From assembly GCF_009914755.1 (NCBI RefSeq), contig NC_060925.1: 64,000 nt of DNA, one strand, 5' to 3'. The notes below the pieces were generated by a model. That model saw nothing but the letters and a program-made list of their open reading frames with translations. It searched no databases and was not told where the DNA came from. The number at the start of each line of letters is the position of its first letter. Position 1 is the stretch's first letter. The stretch comes from the human T2T-CHM13v2.0 reference genome, Homo sapiens. A program made the position numbers and the translations under genes. This document shows positions 57,401-64,000 of this stretch, piece after piece.

Positions 57401-60400
57401 AATCGAATGGAATCATCGAATGGACTCGAATGGAATAATCATTGAACAGAATCGAATGGAATCATCATCGGATGGAAATGAAAGGAGTCATCATCTAATG
57501 GAATTGCATGGAATCATCATAAAATGGAATCGAATGGAATCAACATCAAATGGAATCAAATGGAATCATTGAACGGAATTGAATGGAATCGTCATCGAAT
57601 GAATTGAATGCAATCATCGAATGGTCTCGAATGGAATCACCTTCAAATGGAATGGAATGGAATCATCGCATAGAATCGAATGGAATTATCATCGAATGGA
57701 ATCGAATGGAATCAACATCAAACGGAAAAAAACGGAATTATCGAATGGAATCGAAGAGAATCATCGAATGGACCCGAATGGAATCATCTAATGGAATGGA
57801 ATGGAATAATCCATGGACTCGAATGCAATCATCATCGAATGGAATCGAATGGAATCATCCAATGGACTCGAATGGAATAATCATTGAACGGAATCGAATG
57901 GAATCATCATCGGATGGAAATGAATGGAATCATCATCGAATGGAATCGAATAGAATTATGGAATGAAATCCAGTGTGATCATCATCGAATGGACCCGAAT
58001 GGAATCATCATCCAACGGATGCTAATGGAATCAACATCGAATGAATCAAATGGAAACACCATCGAATTGAAACGAATGGAATTACCATGAAATTGAAATG
58101 GATGGACTCATCATCGAATGGATTTGAAAGGAATCATCGAATAAAATTGATTGAAATCATCATCGAATGGAATCGAATGGTATCATTGAATGGAATCGAA
58201 TGGAATCATCATCAGATGGAAATGAATGGAATCGTCATAGAATGGAATCGAATGGATTCATTGAATGGAATCAGATGGAATCATCGAATGGACTGGAATG
58301 GAATCATTGAATGGACTCGAAAGAGATCATGATTGAATGGAATTGAATGGAATCATCGAATGGTCTCGATTGGAATCATTATCAAATGGAATCGAATGGA
58401 ATCACCGAATAGAATCGAATGGAACAATCATCGAATGGACTCAAATGGAATTATCCTCCAATGGAATCGAATGGAATTATCGAATGCAATCGAATGGAAT
58501 TATCGAATGCAAACGAATAGAATCATCGAATGGACTCGAATGGAATCATCGAATGGAATGGAATGGAACAGTCAATGAACTCGAATGGAATCATCATTGA
58601 ATGGAATCGAATGGAATCATCGAGTGGAATCGAATGGAATTATGATCAAATGGAATCGAATGTAATCATCATCAAATGGAATCAAAAATAACCATCATCA
58701 ATTGGTATTGAATGGAATTGTCATCAAATGGAATTCAAAGGAAACATCATCAAATGGAACCGAATGGAATCCTCATTGAATGGAAATGAAAGGGGTCATC
58801 ATCTAATGGAATCGCATGGAATCATCATCAAATGGAATCGAATGCAATCATCATCAAATGGAATCTAATGGAATCATTGAACAGAATTGAATGGAATCGT
58901 CATCGAATGAATTGAATGCAATCATCGAATGGTCTCGAATGGAACCATCTTCTAATGGAAAGGAATGGAATCATCGCATAGAATCGAATGGAATTATCAT
59001 CGAATGGAATCGAATGGTATCAACACCAAACGGAAAAAAACGGAATTATCGAATGGAATCGAAGAGAATCTTCGAACGGACCCGAATGGAATCATCTAAT
59101 GGAATGGAATGGAATAATCCATGGACTCGAATGCAATCATCATCGAATGGAATCGAATGGAATCATCGAATGGACTCGAATGGAATAATCATTGAACGGA
59201 ATCGAATGGAATCATCATCGGATGGAAACGAATGGAATCATCATCGAATGGAAATGAAAGGAGTCATCATCTAATGGAATTGCATGGAATCATCATAAAA
59301 TGGAATCGAATGGAATCAACATCAAATTGAATCAAATGGAATCATTGAACGGAATTGAATGGAATCGTCATCGAATAAATTGAATGCAATCATCGAATGG
59401 TCTCGAATGGAATCATCTTCAAATGGAATGGAATGGAATCATCGCATAGAATCGAATGGAATTATCATCGAATGGAATCGAATGGAATCAACATCAAACG
59501 GAAAAAAACGGAATTATCGAATGGAATCGAAGAGAATCATCGAATGGAACCGAATGGAATCATCTAATGGAATGGAATGGAATAATCCATGGACTCGAAT
59601 GCAATCATCATCGAATGGAATCGAATGGAATCATCGAATGGACTCGAATGGAATAATCATTGAACAGAATCGAATGGAATCATCATCGGATGGAAATGAA
59701 AGGAGTCATCATCTAATGGAATTGCATGGAATCATCATAAAATGGAATCGAATGGAATCAACATCAAATGGAATCAAATGGAATCATTGAACGGAATTGA
59801 ATGGAATCGTCATCGAATGAATTGAATGCAATCATCGAATGGTCTCGAATGGAATCATCTTCAAATGGAATGGAATGGAATCATCGCATAGAATCGAATG
59901 GAATTATCATCGAATGGAATCGAATGGAATCAACATCAAACGGAAAAAAACGGAATTATCGAATGGAATCGAAGAGAATCATCGAATGGACCCGAATGGA
60001 ATCATCTAATGGAATGGAATGGAATAATCCATGGACTCGAATGCAATCATCATCGAATGGAATCAAATGGAATCATCGAATGGACTCGAATGGAATAATC
60101 ATTGAACGGAATCGAATGGAATCATCATCGGATGGAAATGAATGGAATCATCATCGAATGGAATCGAATAGAATTATGGAATGAAATCCAGTGTGATCAT
60201 CATCGAATGGACCCGAATGGAATCATCATCCAACGGATGCTAATGGAATCAACATCGAATGAATCAAATGGAAACACCATCGAATTGAAACGAATGGAAT
60301 TACCATGAAATTGAAATGGATGGACTCATCATCGAATGGATTCGAAAGGAATCATCGAATAAAATTGATTGAAATCATCATCGAATGGAATCGAATGGTA

Positions 60401-63400
60401 TCATTGAATGGAATCGAATGGAATCATCATCAGATGGAAATGAATGGAATCGTCATAGAATGGAATCGAATGGATTCATTGAATGGAATCAGATGGAATC
60501 ATCGAATGGACTGGAATGGAATCATTGAATGGACTCGAAAGAGATCATGATTGAATGGAATTGAATGGAATCATCGAATGGTCTCGATTGGAATCATTAT
60601 CAAATGGAATCGAATGGAATCACCGAATAGAATCGAATGGAACAATCATCGAATGGACTCAAATGGAATTATCCTCCAATGGAATCGAATGGAATTATCG
60701 AATGAAATCGAATGGAATTATCGAATGCAATCGAATAGAATCATCGAATGGACTCGAATGGAATCATCGAATGGAATGGAATGGAACAGTCAATGAACTC
60801 GAATGGAATCATCATTGAATGGAATCGAATGGAATCATCGAGTGGAATCGAATGGAATTATGATCAAATGGAATCGAATGTAATCATCATCAAATGGAAT
60901 CAAAAATAACCATCATCAATTGGTATTGAATGGAATTGTCATCAAATGGAATTCAAAGGAAACATCATCAAATGGAACCGAATGGAATCCTCATTGAATG
61001 GAAATGAAAGGGGTCATCATCTAATGGAATCGCATGGAATCATCATCAAATGGAATCGAATGGAATCATCATCAAATGGAATCTAATGGAATCATTGAAC
61101 AGAATTGAATGGAATCGTCATCGAATGAATTGAATGCAATCATCGAATGGTCTCGAATGGAACCATCTTCTAATGGAAAGGAATGGAATCATCGCATAGA
61201 ATCGAATGGAATTATCATCGAATGGAATCGAATGGTATCAACACCAAACGGAAAAAAACGGAATTATCGAATGGAATCGAAGAGAATCTTCGAACGGACC
61301 CGAATGGAATCATCTAATGGAATGGAATGGAATAATCCATGGACTCGAATGCAATCATCATCGAATGGAATCGAATGGAATCATCGAATGGACTCGAATG
61401 AAATAATCATTGAACGGAATCGAATGGAATCATCATCGGATGGAAACGAATGGAATCATCATCGAATGGAAATGAAAGGAGTCATCATCTAATGGAATTG
61501 CATGGAATCATCATAAAATGGAATCGAATGGAATCAACATCAAATGGAATCAAATGGAATCATTGAACGGAATTGAATGGAATCGTCATCGAATAAATTG
61601 AATGCAATCATCGAATGGTCTCGAATGGAATCATCTTCAAATGGAATGGAATGGAATCATCGCATAGAATCGAATGGAATTATCATCGAATGGAATCGAA
61701 TGGAATCAACATCAAACGGAAAAAAACGGAATTATCGAATGGAATCGAAGAGAATCATCGAATGGACCCGAATGGAATCATCTAATGGAATGGAATGGAA
61801 TAATCCATGGACTCGAATGCAATCATCATCGAATGGAATCGAATGGAATCATCGAATGGACTCGAATGGAATAATCATTGAACAGAATCGAATGGAATCA
61901 TCATCGGATGGAAATGAAAGGAGTCATCATCTAATGGAATTGCATGGAATCATCATAAAATGGAATCGAATGGAATCAACATCAAATGGAATCAAATGGA
62001 ATCATTGAACGGAATTGAATGGAATCGTCATCGAATGAATTGAATGCAATCATCGAATGGTCTCGAATGGAATCACCTTCAAATGGAATGGAATGGAATC
62101 ATCGCATAGAATCGAATGGAATTATCATCGAATGGAATCGAATGGAATCAACATCAAACGGAAAAAAACGGAATTATCGAATGGAATCGAAGAGAATCAT
62201 CGAATGGACCCGAATGGAATCATCTAATGGAATGGAATGGAATAATCCATGGACTCGAATGCAATCATCATCGAATGGAATCGAATGGAATCATCCAATG
62301 GACTCGAATGGAATAATCATTGAACGGAATCGAATGGAATCATCATCGGATGGAAATGAATGGAATCATCATCGAATGGAATCGAATAGAATTATGGAAT
62401 GAAATCCAGTGTGATCATCATCGAATGGACCCGAATGGAATCATCATCCAACGGATGCTAATGGAATCAACATCGAATGAATCAAATGGAAACACCATCG
62501 AATTGAAACGAATGGAATTACCATGAAATTGAAATGGATGGACTCATCATCGAATGGATTTGAAAGGAATCATCGAATAAAATTGATTGAAATCATCATC
62601 GAATGGAATCGAATGGTATCATTGAATGGAATCGAATGGAATCATCATCAGATGGAAATGAATGGAATCGTCATAGAATGGAATCGAATGGATTCATTGA
62701 ATGGAATCAGATGGAATCATCGAATGGACTGGAATGGAATCATTGAATGGACTCGAAAGAGATCATGATTGAATGGAATTGAATGGAATCATCGAATGGT
62801 CTCGATTGGAATCATTATCAAATGGAATCGAATGGAATCACCGAATAGAATCGAATGGAACAATCATCGAATGGACTCAAATGGAATTATCCTCCAATGG
62901 AATCGAATGGAATTATCGAATGCAATCGAATGGAATTATCGAATGCAAACGAATAGAATCATCGAATGGACTCGAATGGAATCATCGAATGGAATGGAAT
63001 GGAACAGTCAATGAACTCGAATGGAATCATCATTGAATGGAATCGAATGGAATCATCGAGTGGAATCGAATGGAATTATGATCAAATGGAATCGAATGTA
63101 ATCATCATCAAATGGAATCAAAAATAACCATCATCAATTGGTATTGAATGGAATTGTCATCAAATGGAATTCAAAGGAAACATCATCAAATGGAACCGAA
63201 TGGAATCCTCATTGAATGGAAATGAAAGGGGTCATCATCTAATGGAATCGCATGGAATCATCATCAAATGGAATCGAATGGAATCATCATGAAATGGAAT
63301 CTAATGGAATCATTGAACAGAATTGAATGGAATCGTCATCGAATGAATTGAATGCAATCATCGAATGGTCTCGAATGGAACCATCTTCTAATGGAAAGGA

Positions 63401-64000
63401 ATGGAATCATCGCATAGAATCGAATGGAATTATCATCGAATGGAATCGAATGGTATCAACACCAAACGGAAAAAAACGGAATTATCGAATGGAATCGAAG
63501 AGAATCTTCGAACGGACCCGAATGGAATCATCTAATGGAATGGAATGGAATAATCCATGGACTCGAATGCAATCATCATCGAATGGAATCGAATGGAATC
63601 ATCGAATGGACTCGAATGGAATAATCATTGAACGGAATCGAATGGAATCATCATCGGATGGAAACGAATGGAATCATCATCGAATGGAAATGAAAGGAGT
63701 CATCATCTAATGGAATTGCATGGAATCATCATAAAATGGAATCGAATGGAATCAACATCAAATTGAATCAAATGGAATCATTGAACGGAATTGAATGGAA
63801 TCGTCATCGAATAAATTGAATGCAATCATCGAATGGTCTCGAATGGAATCATCTTCAAATGGAATGGAATGGAATCATCGCATAGAATCGAATGGAATTA
63901 TCATCGAATGGAATCGAATGGAATCAACATCAAACGGAAAAAAACGGAATTATCGAATGGAATCGAAGAGAATCATCGAATGGAACCGAATGGAATCATC
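54455..64000. repeat. 2218-bp units (four complete plus one partial) with 4436-bp dimer periodicity
   Basis: Unit starts at 54455, 56673, 58891, 61109 and 63327. Variant patterns alternate, and the private variant ATCAAATTGAATC occurs at 59328 and 63764. Confidence 0.92.

Larger units (their letters stand above)
1..64000. repeat. Human satellite II (HSat2/HSATII) tandem array, 1.77-kb-unit family (probably the chr1q12 HSat2A/D1Z1 type)
   Basis: Continuous degenerate GAATG pentamers with the HSat2-diagnostic GAATGGAATC(ATC)1-2GAATGGAATC pattern and dense TCGA sites. A once-per-unit landmark (GAAATCCAGTGTGATC) occurs 31 times. A conserved GGAATTCAAAGG (EcoRI) site occurs once per unit, e.g. 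1595-1600 and 2903-2908. The 1776-bp periodicity matches the known 1.77-kb EcoRI satellite II unit. The family call is firm; the chromosome call is from prior knowledge only. Confidence 0.97.

Noticed and set aside
76-63710. Hundreds of 60-192 aa ORFs on the + strand (MESSSNG.., NGIEWNH.., MELSSNG..)
   Set aside because: They are the three frames of the GAATG-derived repeat. They overlap in different frames, recur with the satellite period, are low-complexity and are gained or lost by random point changes, with no sign of coding constraint.
1-64000. CRISPR-like or other repeat-spacer system
   Set aside because: There are no unique spacers, no constant direct repeat separated by heterologous DNA and no cas-like or other enzyme ORFs. 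All sequence is GAATG-derived.
1-64000. HSat3 or alpha-satellite assignment
   Set aside because: Long perfect (GGAAT)n runs typical of HSat3 are absent, while ATC-expanded 23/26-bp units with TCGA typical of HSat2 dominate. There is no 171-bp periodicity or CENP-B box.
1-64000. Transposable element insertion (Alu/L1/SVA) or strand switch
   Set aside because: Module spacing is accounted for to the base across the window, leaving no room for an insertion. I saw no poly-A tail, GC-rich segment or CATTC-oriented tract on the + strand.

Overview
The whole 64 kb is one uninterrupted, single-orientation array of classical satellite II DNA (HSat2/HSATII). It is built from degenerate GAATG/CATTC pentamers organised into ~23-26 bp GAATGGAATCATCATCGAATGGAATC-type units, with the GAATG strand on +. 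A 1776-bp higher-order unit with one conserved EcoRI site matches the known 1.77-kb satellite II unit of human chromosome 1q12 (HSat2A type). That assignment rests on established knowledge, not on a search. I see no credible protein-coding gene, RNA gene, transposon insertion, inversion or CRISPR array; all listed ORFs are translations of the repeat. I found no evidence of a new gene-encoded biological system. The informative content is the array architecture. Every unit is made of three modules (1308, 468 and 442 bp), giving units of 1308, 1750, 1776, 2218 and 2244 bp, and the 2218-bp variant dominates. Shared point variants reveal nested duplications at offsets of 2218, 4436, 5718, 6654, 8872 and 33174 bp, a haplotype boundary at ~16-19 kb, and one strongly divergent module at ~11.1-11.5 kb. 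All alignments and counts were done by eye from the sequence and ORF coordinates.
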